Assembly: GCA_965250845.1 (NCBI GenBank)
Contig: OZ252593.1
Span: 1,001,916-1,065,915 of the forward strand
Source: Methylophagaceae bacterium
GTDB taxonomy: Bacteria > Pseudomonadota > Gammaproteobacteria > Nitrosococcales > Methylophagaceae
Direction of reading: 5' to 3'
Length of the DNA stretch: 64,000 bases
Shown here in pieces: positions 33,681-43,827 of the stretch. Numbering within the stretch: the first letter of the stretch is position 1; each line of letters starts with the position of its first letter. Below the pieces are notes generated by a model. That model was not told the origin of the DNA, did no database searches, and was given only the letters and a program-made list of their open reading frames with translations. The translations under genes and the position numbers were made by a program.

Positions 33681-33726
33681 ACAAGCCAGCTTGATTTTAA
33701 ATTAACTCATTGCTATACTACAAAAT

Positions 33727-34446
33727 ATGGCACGCCTACCTAGAATCGTTATTCCCAACCAACCCTTGCATATCATGCATCGCGGCAATAATAAACAAGA
33801 TATCTTTGAGTCTGACGAAGATATGATGCGAATAAAAGAAGATATTGCTCACGCCCTATTAAAGTCAGACTGTCAATTGCATGCCTATGTCATTATGAGT
33901 AATCATCTGCATTTACTGATCTCTCCAAAAGACAAACAACAGCTTGCTACTTTTATGCAAGCAATGGCTAATCGCTATGTTAGATATTTCAATGCAACGC
34001 GTCAGCAAACGGGCACGATATGGGAAGGACGCTTTAAATCTTGTTTAGTTGATAGTGAACATTATCTTTTCACGCTGCATAAATATATTGAAATGAATCC
34101 GGTTAAGGCAAATATGGTGAAGCAGGTTGCTGATTATAAATGGTCAAGCTATCATCACAATGCATTAGGCGAAGTAGATAACCTTATTACTGAACATTCA
34201 CTCTATGGGGAGTTAGGCGGTACCCTGGAGCAGCGGCGCACACATTACCGAAACTTGTTTGATAATCTGGATATTAGTCAGCAACAAGCGCAGATAAGCA
34301 AGGCCACTCTAGCGGGAGATGTTTATGGTAGTGACGCGTTTCATACTAAAATTAGCAAGCTAATTTCGAGGGTGACAAAGCGAGGAGCCCATGGCGGGGA
34401 TAGAAAAAGCGATGAATATAAAAAATCAAGCTGGCTGACCCCTTGA
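33727..34446 (+). CDS. REP-associated tyrosine transposase (RAYT; IS200/IS605-like Y1 HUH family)
   Basis: HUH motif in MSNHLHLLI, catalytic-Tyr region HKYIEMNPVKA; flanked by a perfect 14-bp inverted repeat. Confidence 0.8.
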   Translation: MARLPRIVIPNQPLHIMHRGNNKQDIFESDEDMMRIKEDIAHALLKSDCQLHAYVIMSNHLHLLISPKDKQQLATFMQAMANRYVRYFNATRQQTGTIWEGRFKSCLVDSEHYLFTLHKYIEMNPVKANMVKQVADYKWSSYHHNALGEVDNLITEHSLYGELGGTLEQRRTHYRNLFDNLDISQQQAQISKATLAGDVYGSDAFHTKISKLISRVTKRGAHGGDRKSDEYKKSSWLTP

Positions 34447-34566
34447 TACTTTAAAATAGGCCAATTGATTTCTAGGGCGACTAGGTTAACTTCTCATGGT
34501 GGTGATCGAAAAAGTGCTGAATATCGACAGAACAATGATTAAGCGACGCCCACTTTCTTTACTTAA

Positions 34567-34595
34567 GGTCCAGCCCCTTACCTAGATCGTTAGGT
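34567..34595 (+). other. attC 3' arm (same family as attC2); 5' arm uncertain (possibly from about 34529)
   Basis: CCAGCCCCTTACCTAGATCGTTAGGT is identical over 23 nt to the attC2 3' arm. Confidence 0.55.
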
Positions 34596-34597
34596 GT

Positions 34598-34852
34598 TTA
34601 ATAATGATAACGAAGTTGAGCAATTAAAATATTGTTTTCAGTTACTTTGTATACAATTCTATGCTCATCATTGAGGCGTCGTGACCAAAATCCAGACAAG
34701 GCATGTTTTAAAGGTTCAGGTTTACCGATCCCTTCAAAAGGGTTTCGCTGAATATCTTTAATCAAGGTATTAATTCTTTTTACCATGGTTTTATCGGTTT
34801 TTTGCCAGTAAAGGTAACTATCCCATGCTTTAGGTGCAAAGGTCAGATTCAT
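34598..34852 (-). CDS. yoeB: YoeB (Txe/YoeB family) mRNA interferase toxin
   Basis: 84 aa; ...GIGKPEPLKHALSGFWSRRLNDEHRIVYKV...YHY matches YoeB hallmark residues; 4-nt overlap with yefM. Confidence 0.9.
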   Translation of the reverse strand: MNLTFAPKAWDSYLYWQKTDKTMVKRINTLIKDIQRNPFEGIGKPEPLKHALSGFWSRRLNDEHRIVYKVTENNILIAQLRYHY

Positions 34853-35100
34853 TCAATTAATTCTCGTTCGATACCTTTACCATCTTCAAGAGCAGCAATT
34901 GATTCAAGTAAATCTCGAGCATTAGCCGGTGAACGGAGCAAGTATGTTGTTTCCTCCATGGCCTGATAATCTTCTAAGGAAAGCATTACAACAGGTGACT
35001 CACGTTTTCGAGTAATAATTATAGGGGCATGGTCATTGCAAACCTGCTCCATCGTTTTAGATAAATTTGCACGGACAGCGGTATAGCTTATTGCATCCAT
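34849..35100 (-). CDS. yefM: YefM (Phd/YefM family) antitoxin
   Basis: 83 aa; MDAISYTAVRANLSKTMEQV...PVVMLSLEDYQAMEETTYLLRSPANA. Confidence 0.9.
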   Translation of the reverse strand: MDAISYTAVRANLSKTMEQVCNDHAPIIITRKRESPVVMLSLEDYQAMEETTYLLRSPANARDLLESIAALEDGKGIERELIE

Positions 35101-35116
35101 AAGAGCCTCATTTATA

Positions 35117-35140
35117 ATATGTACAGATTAAAGTACGTAT
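35117..35140 (-). promoter_or_regulatory. Putative YefM-YoeB operator (paired GTAC-core palindromes)
   Basis: TGTACA at 35120-35125 and AGTACG at 35132-35137, centre-to-centre 12 bp, 20-37 nt upstream of the yefM ATG. Confidence 0.5.
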
Positions 35141-35150
35141 AGTATAGTTA

Positions 35151-35254
35151 CACATAATCAAAAAATCCAGCTGACCATTTAAAGGGTCACGGTTTTTGCT
35201 ATTCGCAAAAAGCCATGCCCCTTGATTCCCCCCGCTAAGGAAACACCGTTATTT
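35151..35254 (+). other. Degenerate terminal attC-like site
   Basis: The 5' arm CACATAATCAAAAAATCCAGCTGACC resembles the attC4 5' arm. Central GGTTTTTGC/GCAAAAAGCC pair; the 3' arm is eroded; ends GTTATTT. Confidence 0.4.
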
Positions 35255-35333
35255 TGCTAGAGATACAATCAGTTGCGAGCAAAAGACTGGAATAAGGTAA
35301 ACTATGCCCTTTGATTTGTATTGAGAAGATAGA

Positions 35334-35708
35334 GTGCAGCAATTATTAGCTATTGCTGGTGGTGGGGCCTTAGGTGCTGTAATGCGCTTTGGCGTATCAT
35401 CAGGCGTTTATCGAGTACTGGGTAGGGACTTTCCATACGGAACCTTGGCAGTTAATGTGCTTGGCTCTTTATTAATGGGGCTGTGTTTCATATTAATGGT
35501 TGAACGAAACATCTTATCCATGGAATGGCGCGGCGTTATTATGATTGGCTTCCTTGGTGCATTCACGACTTTTTCTACCTTTTCGATGGAAACATTAAGC
35601 CTATTAGAATCTGGTGAGTTAACACGCGCATTATTAAATATTCTGTTAAGTGTGACTTTATGTCTTGCTGCAACATGGGTTGGACTAACAATCGGGAGGC
35701 AGATTTAA
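35334..35708 (+). CDS. crcB: Fluoride ion channel CrcB
   Basis: 124 aa, 4 TM; GGALGAVMRF and GFLGAFTTFSTF signatures; GTG start. Confidence 0.9.
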   Translation: MQQLLAIAGGGALGAVMRFGVSSGVYRVLGRDFPYGTLAVNVLGSLLMGLCFILMVERNILSMEWRGVIMIGFLGAFTTFSTFSMETLSLLESGELTRALLNILLSVTLCLAATWVGLTIGRQI

Positions 35709-35709
35709 T

Positions 35710-37955
<2,246 letters not shown>

Positions 37956-38002
37956 AATTAAAGATTGTCGCTTTTAATTAGCATAACAATCAGGAGAGCA
38001 CA

Positions 38003-39220
38003 TTGGATACGGTAGCATTACAGTCCCGTCGAATCGTTTCAGGCATGCGTCCAACAGGACGACTTCACCTTGGTCATTACCATGGTGTATTAAAAAACTG
38101 GATTAAACTCCAGCATGAATTTGATTGTTTCTTTTTTGTTGCTGATTGGCATGCCCTCACAACGCATTATGAAGATACATCATCTATTGAAGAAAGCGTG
38201 TGGGAAATGGTGATTGATTGGATTGCGGCAGGTATTGAACCATCAGCTGCATCACTGTTCTTGCAATCAAAAGTTCCTGAGCATGCTGAGTTGCATTTGT
38301 TACTCTCGATGATGACACCGATTTCTTGGTTAGAACGTGTTCCGACTTATAAAGATCAGCAAGAAAAGCTAAAAGAGAAAGATCTATCAACCTACGGTTT
38401 CTTGGGCTACCCATTATTACAAAGTGCTGATATTTTGATTTATCGTGCAGGCCAAGTGCCGGTAGGTGAAGATCAAGTCGTGCATGTTGAGTTGACGCGT
38501 GAAATTGCACGACGTTTTAATCATATTTATGGTCGTGAAAAAGACTTTGAGCAAAAAGCTGAAGAAGCCATTAAAAAAATGGGTAAGAAGAATGCAAAAT
38601 TGTATTCAAACTTACGCCGAGCTTATACTGAACAAGGTGATGCTGAAGCATTAGAAACAGCACGTGCATTATTGAAGAGCCAGCAAAATCTTGCCTTAGG
38701 TGATACAGAGCGTTTATTTGGTTATCTTGAAGGTGGTGGTAAAATGATCTTGCCTGAGCCTCAAGCCCTATTGACGCCTTCGCCTAAAATGCCGGGCTTA
38801 GATGGGCAGAAGATGTCTAAATCATATGGCAATACTATTTCGCTACGTGAATCTGAAGCTTCAATTGCTGAAAAGATTAAGAAAATGCCTACTGATCCTA
38901 GTCGTGTACGTCTTACCGATCCGGGTGACCCTGCAAAATGTCCTGTTTGGCAATTGCATGAAGTGTATTCGGATGATGGTCAGAAACAATGGGTACAAGA
39001 AGGCTGTAAAACCGCTGGTATTGGCTGTCTAGAATGCAAAGGTCCTCTTATTGATTCCATTTGTGCTGAATTAAAACCAATCCGTGAACGAGCTGAGGAA
39101 TTATCAAAACATCCTGAAGATGTTCGACGTATTATTGAAGATGGTAATGAAGCCGCTCGTGAAGTGGCTCGTGATACCTTAGAGGAAGTAAGAGCCGCTA
39201 TGGGCTTAGGTTATAAATAG
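38003..39220 (+). CDS. trpS: Tryptophan--tRNA ligase (long form)
   Basis: SGMRPTGRLHLGHYHG (HIGH-type) and KMSKS motifs; TTG start 6 nt after AGGAG. Confidence 0.9.
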   Translation: MDTVALQSRRIVSGMRPTGRLHLGHYHGVLKNWIKLQHEFDCFFFVADWHALTTHYEDTSSIEESVWEMVIDWIAAGIEPSAASLFLQSKVPEHAELHLLLSMMTPISWLERVPTYKDQQEKLKEKDLSTYGFLGYPLLQSADILIYRAGQVPVGEDQVVHVELTREIARRFNHIYGREKDFEQKAEEAIKKMGKKNAKLYSNLRRAYTEQGDAEALETARALLKSQQNLALGDTERLFGYLEGGGKMILPEPQALLTPSPKMPGLDGQKMSKSYGNTISLRESEASIAEKIKKMPTDPSRVRLTDPGDPAKCPVWQLHEVYSDDGQKQWVQEGCKTAGIGCLECKGPLIDSICAELKPIRERAEELSKHPEDVRRIIEDGNEAAREVARDTLEEVRAAMGLGYK

Positions 39221-39231
39221 AAAATTTTACT

Positions 39232-39381
39232 ACAGAGACACGAAGGGATACAGAGAGAAGAATAGAACTAACTTTTTTGTATTCTATGAAGTGTTGAAGT
39301 GTTGAAGTGAAAATTAATGAACAAAGCCTTGAGTATGAAAATATAGAGAATTAAAATTCTCTATGTCCTTCGTGTCTCTGT
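39232..39381. repeat. 150-bp inverted-repeat element in the trpS-rluB spacer
   Basis: ACAGAGACACGAAGGGATACAGAGAG (39232-39257) pairs with CTCTATGTCCTTCGTGTCTCTGT (39359-39381). Inside: GAAGTGTT x2.5 and the perfect palindrome ATAGAGAATT-AA-AATTCTCTAT. Confidence 0.6.
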
Positions 39382-39418
39382 GGTGAATTAAATTTAAACA
39401 ATGTCGGGAGACAATAGA

Positions 39419-40309
39419 ATGAGTGAACGAATTCAAAAAGTATTAGCACGAGCAGGTTATGGCTCACGCCGTGGACTTGAGGTGATGATTAAAGAAGGTA
39501 AGATCACTGTTAATGGTGATGTTGCAAGCTTAGGTGATCAAATTAGCAGTACGGATACGGTTCGATTAGATAATAAGCCACTTTCTGCTAAACGTTTGTG
39601 GCAACAACCTCAACAAGTCATGTTATATAACAAACCTGTTGGTGAGGTGTGTACGCGACGCGATCCAGAAGGTCGTCGTACGATTTATCAATCGCTTCCT
39701 GCTCCAGAAGAAGGTCGTTGGGTTAGTGTCGGTCGTTTAGATATCAATACCAGTGGACTGATCATTCTGACGACAGATGGTGAGTTAGCTAATATCTTGA
39801 TGCATCCATCAAATGAGATGGATAGAGAATATGCTGTACGAGTATTAGGTGAAGTGCCATCGTCAATGATGCAAACATTACGTGATGGTGTTGAGCTTGA
39901 AGATGGCATGGCAAAATTCTCTGATATTCAGCCTGCTGGTGGTGAAGGTGCAAACCGTTGGTTCCATGTTGTGATTCAGGAAGGGCGTAATCGTGCTGTT
40001 CGTCGTCTATGGGAGAGTCAAGGGGTTCAAGTGAGTCGTTTGATGCGTGTTCGTTACGGACCGATTATCATTCCAAAGCAGCTTAAAATGGGCCGCTGGA
40101 TGATGCTTGAAGGTGCTGATATTGAAGCATTATACGAAGAAGTGGATCTTGTACCAAAGGTTGTTGAGAATATTGGTCGTGCTCAGCGTGAGAAAAAACT
40201 GCGCCCACTGAAATCAACTGTGCCAAAAGCACGCAATACGACAAAACGAACTGAAACCAAAGCTAAATTTAAAGCTAAAGGAAAGCCTAGAGTTCGAGGT
40301 CGAGACTAA
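39419..40309 (+). CDS. rluB: 23S rRNA pseudouridine synthase RluB
   Basis: S4 domain (RIQKVLARAGYGSRR), catalytic GRLDINTSGL, Lys/Arg-rich tail. ATG 39419 (GGGAG upstream) preferred over 39401. Confidence 0.9.
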   Translation: MSERIQKVLARAGYGSRRGLEVMIKEGKITVNGDVASLGDQISSTDTVRLDNKPLSAKRLWQQPQQVMLYNKPVGEVCTRRDPEGRRTIYQSLPAPEEGRWVSVGRLDINTSGLIILTTDGELANILMHPSNEMDREYAVRVLGEVPSSMMQTLRDGVELEDGMAKFSDIQPAGGEGANRWFHVVIQEGRNRAVRRLWESQGVQVSRLMRVRYGPIIIPKQLKMGRWMMLEGADIEALYEEVDLVPKVVENIGRAQREKKLRPLKSTVPKARNTTKRTETKAKFKAKGKPRVRGRD

Positions 40310-40330
40310 GGTATAAAATTTAGATAATAA

Positions 40331-40360
40331 AAAAGGGCTTTTGAATTCAAAAGCCCTTTT
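40331..40360. terminator. Bidirectional rho-independent terminator (rluB / convergent GGDEF gene)
   Basis: AAAAGGGCTTTTGAATTCAAAAGCCCTTTT, flanked by A-run and T-run. Confidence 0.75.
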
Positions 40361-40385
40361 TTTATATTGAGTGATTAGATATAAA

Positions 40386-41330
40386 TTAATTATCTTTACT
40401 GATAAGCTTTTCTGCACAAAGTGTTTTATTTCGACCCGATTTCTTAGCTTGGTATAAAGCATGATCCGTACGGTCAAATAATGAAGCACCATTTTCACCT
40501 TGGCTTAATTGAGCCACACCAAGACTAATGGTAAATCCAAAAGTACGTTTACCATCATTACAACTTAGTTGTGCTGTGGCAATACGAAGACGCTCCGCAA
40601 CTAATCTAGCTGATTTTTCATCAGTATTACTTAATACCAATGTAAATTCTTCACCACCATAGCGGAATGCAATATCACTAAGACGCATTGTATTTGTAAT
40701 TGATCTTGCTAATATTTTCAGTGCTAAATCACCACTGCTGTGACCATAAGTATCATTCACGGCTTTAAAGTGATCGATATCAAGCACGATAAGTGACATG
40801 GGTATATGTTGGCGATGAGCTAAGTCAATTTCACGTTTCAAACTTGAATCAAAAGAAGTGCGGTTGTTTAACCCCGTTAATTTATCTTGTAAAGCGGCTG
40901 CTTGTGCTTCTTTGTATAGCAAGCAATTACGCACGGGATAAATCAATTTACACAGAAAATCTTCTAATAATTGTGTGTCAGCATCAGTAAACTTTTTACG
41001 ACGAGTTAATGTTAGTTCACCTAACCACTGGCTGTTCATTTCTAAGCGGTAGTTACATGAGTGATGACTGCGGCGACCAAAACTGACATCACAATGAACA
41101 CCATGATGTTGATAATGAAGGCTGTCATAAGGGAGGACTTTGCCCATTTCTTTATGGAACAAGCCAATAATCTCATCTAGTATTAGCGATGTTTGTAGTA
41201 CAGCAGGAAGGCGAGCTGCAATGTCTTCTGCATTTTCATGAGAAGGTTGATGTTCTGTGACATCAATTTCCTGACCGTGTTTGCCGACCAGTGATAGTTT
41301 TGCCGCTTCTAATGATAATTGATGTTCCAT
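40386..41330 (-). CDS. Diguanylate cyclase (N-terminal GAF-like sensor plus GGDEF domain)
   Basis: RYGGEEF active site, RxxD-type I-site region, LTGLNNR linker. Confidence 0.85.
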   Translation of the reverse strand: MEHQLSLEAAKLSLVGKHGQEIDVTEHQPSHENAEDIAARLPAVLQTSLILDEIIGLFHKEMGKVLPYDSLHYQHHGVHCDVSFGRRSHHSCNYRLEMNSQWLGELTLTRRKKFTDADTQLLEDFLCKLIYPVRNCLLYKEAQAAALQDKLTGLNNRTSFDSSLKREIDLAHRQHIPMSLIVLDIDHFKAVNDTYGHSSGDLALKILARSITNTMRLSDIAFRYGGEEFTLVLSNTDEKSARLVAERLRIATAQLSCNDGKRTFGFTISLGVAQLSQGENGASLFDRTDHALYQAKKSGRNKTLCAEKLISKDN

Positions 41331-41446
41331 GGTACAAGTCCTTAAAATCTAGTATTTGAACTAGATAAAGCGAGAACTATGCCATATTTTTATTTTTATT
41401 TTATATCAGTAGCTTATAGGTAGGTGTCAGTAGATTGACAGTACGG

Positions 41447-42172
41447 TTATTGAGCGCTGACAATTTCACCGTTAATTTCTAGACTATCCTGTCCCATCAA
41501 ATATAAATAAGTAGGAACAACCTCTTCTGGTGTGGGCAGTGATGTTGGATCAATCGCGGGGAATGCACGGGCGTGCAATTTAGATTGTACGGTACCTGGA
41601 TCAATTGTATTAACGCGAACGCGACCATCGCATTCTAATTCATCTGCTAATTGTTTGCTCAGTGATTCAATCGCTGCTTTGCTCACACCATAGCCCGCCC
41701 AATAAGCGGTATCTTTATGGTTATCAGTGGTAAAGATAATGGAAGCCTTATCGAATTTTTGCATAAGAGCTAAACAAGCACGGGTTAATAAATAAGGTGC
41801 TGTCAGATTAATATGCAGAGTTTCTAACCAGACTTTGGGATCTTGATGTTGAACCGGTGCAATTTGACCTAGTGAAGCAGCACAATGAACCAAGCCATCA
41901 AGGCGCTCAAAGTTATCATGAATATTGCGAGCTAACTCATCATAATCGGGAATGCTTGCACCTTGAAGATCGAGAGGATACAAAGCCGGAGTAGGAGCGC
42001 CACTTGCCACAATCTCATCATAGACTAACTCTAAAGCTGGAATATTTTTATCCAGTAAGATCAGCGTTGCACCATGGTTTGCATAAGCTTTAGCGACAGC
42101 TGCACCAATACCGGCACCTGTAATGAGAATGACACGATCTTTGAGTAGTTCAGGTGAAGCGGTATATTGCAT
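41447..42172 (-). CDS. SDR-family oxidoreductase (YciK-like)
   Basis: ITGAGIGAA Rossmann motif (shorter than the usual TGxxxGIG) and catalytic YGVSK. Confidence 0.85.
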   Translation of the reverse strand: MQYTASPELLKDRVILITGAGIGAAVAKAYANHGATLILLDKNIPALELVYDEIVASGAPTPALYPLDLQGASIPDYDELARNIHDNFERLDGLVHCAASLGQIAPVQHQDPKVWLETLHINLTAPYLLTRACLALMQKFDKASIIFTTDNHKDTAYWAGYGVSKAAIESLSKQLADELECDGRVRVNTIDPGTVQSKLHARAFPAIDPTSLPTPEEVVPTYLYLMGQDSLEINGEIVSAQ

Positions 42173-42459
42173 TAGTCTTCGTTTGCTGCAGGAATAAACT
42201 GACTGAATTGTGCTACACCATTATGGAATTGAACACTTGTTGTTCCCGTTTCTGTTGTCCATTCGCTTTGTGTAAATGTGAGTTCACCAAGTGTGCGAGA
42301 TTGTGTAAATGTTGGTATGCCAAGCTTTTCGCTTATTGTTTGCTCTGACATGCCGGTGTCAATTGACATTGCTGTTGTACTTTCTGAGCTATCACTACAT
42401 GCAATAAGTAATACACTGAACAATAAAGAACTTAAGATTAGGCGAGATTTAGTCAACAT
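42172..42459 (-). CDS. Small lipoprotein, unknown
   Basis: MLTKSRLILSSLLFSVLLIAC lipobox; TAATG overlap with the SDR gene start. Start taken at internal ATG 42459. Confidence 0.6.
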   Translation of the reverse strand: MLTKSRLILSSLLFSVLLIACSDSSESTTAMSIDTGMSEQTISEKLGIPTFTQSRTLGELTFTQSEWTTETGTTSVQFHNGVAQFSQFIPAANED

Positions 42460-42545
42460 TGTAGAAATCCAAATAGGGGAGTTTAAGTTTAAAGAAAATG
42501 GTGGAGGAAAGTATATCACTTGTATAAGATTTATTGATTAAATCA

Positions 42546-43820
42546 CTACTGATTTAAGAGATGTTGAGCACAGTTCTTTCCATTACGAATAGCCCCTTCT
42601 AATGTGGCAGGGTAACTATTTGCAATATAGTCACCGGCGAGCCATAAACCGTTAATATTTGTTTGGCTTTTTGGTCGCTTATTTTCTATGTCTACAGTGC
42701 AAGCAAAGGTAGCTCGCTTCTCTCGAATGACTAAACTATTGGTGACTATTTTTGGTAGTTCAGGCAGTAGAGAGTGAACTTCTTGGCAAACATGAGTAAC
42801 AAGTTCCTGATTGGTCATTGTTTCATGTTCACCTGGAGCGCTAATGACAACGGCCATCAAACCTGGAGTTTGTCCACTACGATCAAAAATCCACTGACTA
42901 ATCGTTCCTGTCATACCAAGCATAGGTTTAGATAAGCGAGTGTCAGGAGAATATTGTAAATAAACAGTACAAATTGGGTATTCAGCTGGTTTATCAAAGG
43001 TCATATATTCAGCGAGGAGAGCGGTACTTTGAGAAGGGCTTGTGGCGACAATAATATTATCTGCCAATAATTGACGACCATCTTGGCAAAGGATCCCAAT
43101 AACCTTATTTTGTTCAATAATGAGTTGCGTAGCTCTCGTTTTTAGACTGATCGTTCCCCCATTTTGTTGAATATAGTCAGCCGCGGCATGGGGAAAGACA
43201 TTTGCAAGAGGTAGGCGAGGAATTAAAGAATCGGCTGCTTGTTGTCCTTTGCCTAAACTATCTTGTAATACGGTGGCCATTAAATGTGCAGATGCGTGAT
43301 CAATCGGTGTATTTAATGTCGCTAAACATAAAGGTTCCCACAATTGCTTAATAAGACGGTCAGGTTGCCTTGTTGAGAGTAACCATTCACTTACAGTCTT
43401 GTCTTCTGTCGCTAGAAGCTTGGGAATGCTTGCTTGTAATTTTGCTACGGAATAAAAGCTTTTAAATCCTGCGCTACGGATAAGGTTCCATGCGAGCGAT
43501 AGTGGCCATGGTAATAGGCTGTTGGCGGATAGGTGTAGAGGTAAATAATCAGTATCAAAGATAGTGATATCCATAGGAGCACGCTGAAAGGCTTCTTGAG
43601 GATCTATTCCAATGAGATGCATTATCGATAACATCTGCTCATAAGCACCAATCATCAGGTGTTGACCATTATCAATTTCTTGTCCTTGCCATGATACATT
43701 ACGGGCTCGGCCACCTAATTGCTTAGCAGATTCAATTAAGTGAACCGTTTGTCCTTGTTGGCTGAGAGTTACGGCAGCAGCAAGTCCACTCCATCCGCCA
43801 CCGATGATCAGAGTGGTCAT
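42546..43820 (-). CDS. hpnE: FAD-dependent amine-oxidase family, hydroxysqualene dehydroxylase (HpnE)-like
   Basis: IIGGGWSGLAAA dinucleotide fold, 424 aa; next to an HpnD-like synthase. Confidence 0.75.
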   Translation of the reverse strand: MTTLIIGGGWSGLAAAVTLSQQGQTVHLIESAKQLGGRARNVSWQGQEIDNGQHLMIGAYEQMLSIMHLIGIDPQEAFQRAPMDITIFDTDYLPLHLSANSLLPWPLSLAWNLIRSAGFKSFYSVAKLQASIPKLLATEDKTVSEWLLSTRQPDRLIKQLWEPLCLATLNTPIDHASAHLMATVLQDSLGKGQQAADSLIPRLPLANVFPHAAADYIQQNGGTISLKTRATQLIIEQNKVIGILCQDGRQLLADNIIVATSPSQSTALLAEYMTFDKPAEYPICTVYLQYSPDTRLSKPMLGMTGTISQWIFDRSGQTPGLMAVVISAPGEHETMTNQELVTHVCQEVHSLLPELPKIVTNSLVIREKRATFACTVDIENKRPKSQTNINGLWLAGDYIANSYPATLEGAIRNGKNCAQHLLNQ

Positions 43821-43827
43821 TGTCTAA

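Larger units (their letters stand above)
32436..33700 (-). mobile_element. IS110-family insertion sequence (ends approximate, probably about 32447-33684)
   Basis: Single DEDD-type transposase, about 265-300 bp structured non-coding end upstream of it, very short other end, no terminal inverted repeats. Sits between the two arms of a palindrome (AAAAGCAAGCTT 32435-32446 / GCCAGCTTGATTTT 33685-33698). Confidence 0.65.
28250..35260 (+). mobile_element. Integron-type gene-cassette array without an integrase gene in the window (CALIN-like)
   Basis: Series of attC-like imperfect palindromes (ATAAC...GTTA) spaced one to two ORFs apart; AT-rich; heterogeneous orphan and TA cargo; bounded by core genes fba and crcB. 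Confidence 0.65.

Noticed and set aside
35200-35333. Expected a fluoride (crcB-motif) riboswitch upstream of crcB
   Set aside because: I could not find the conserved GGnGAUGG...CCGCC...CUGAUGA-type core. The region is instead the eroded end of the cassette array. A covariance-model scan would be needed to be certain.
40214-40498. 94-aa minus-strand ORF spanning the rluB 3' end, the terminator and the GGDEF gene 3' end
   Set aside because: It overlaps two well-supported genes and a bidirectional terminator, and its composition is Lys/Phe/Ser-rich junk.
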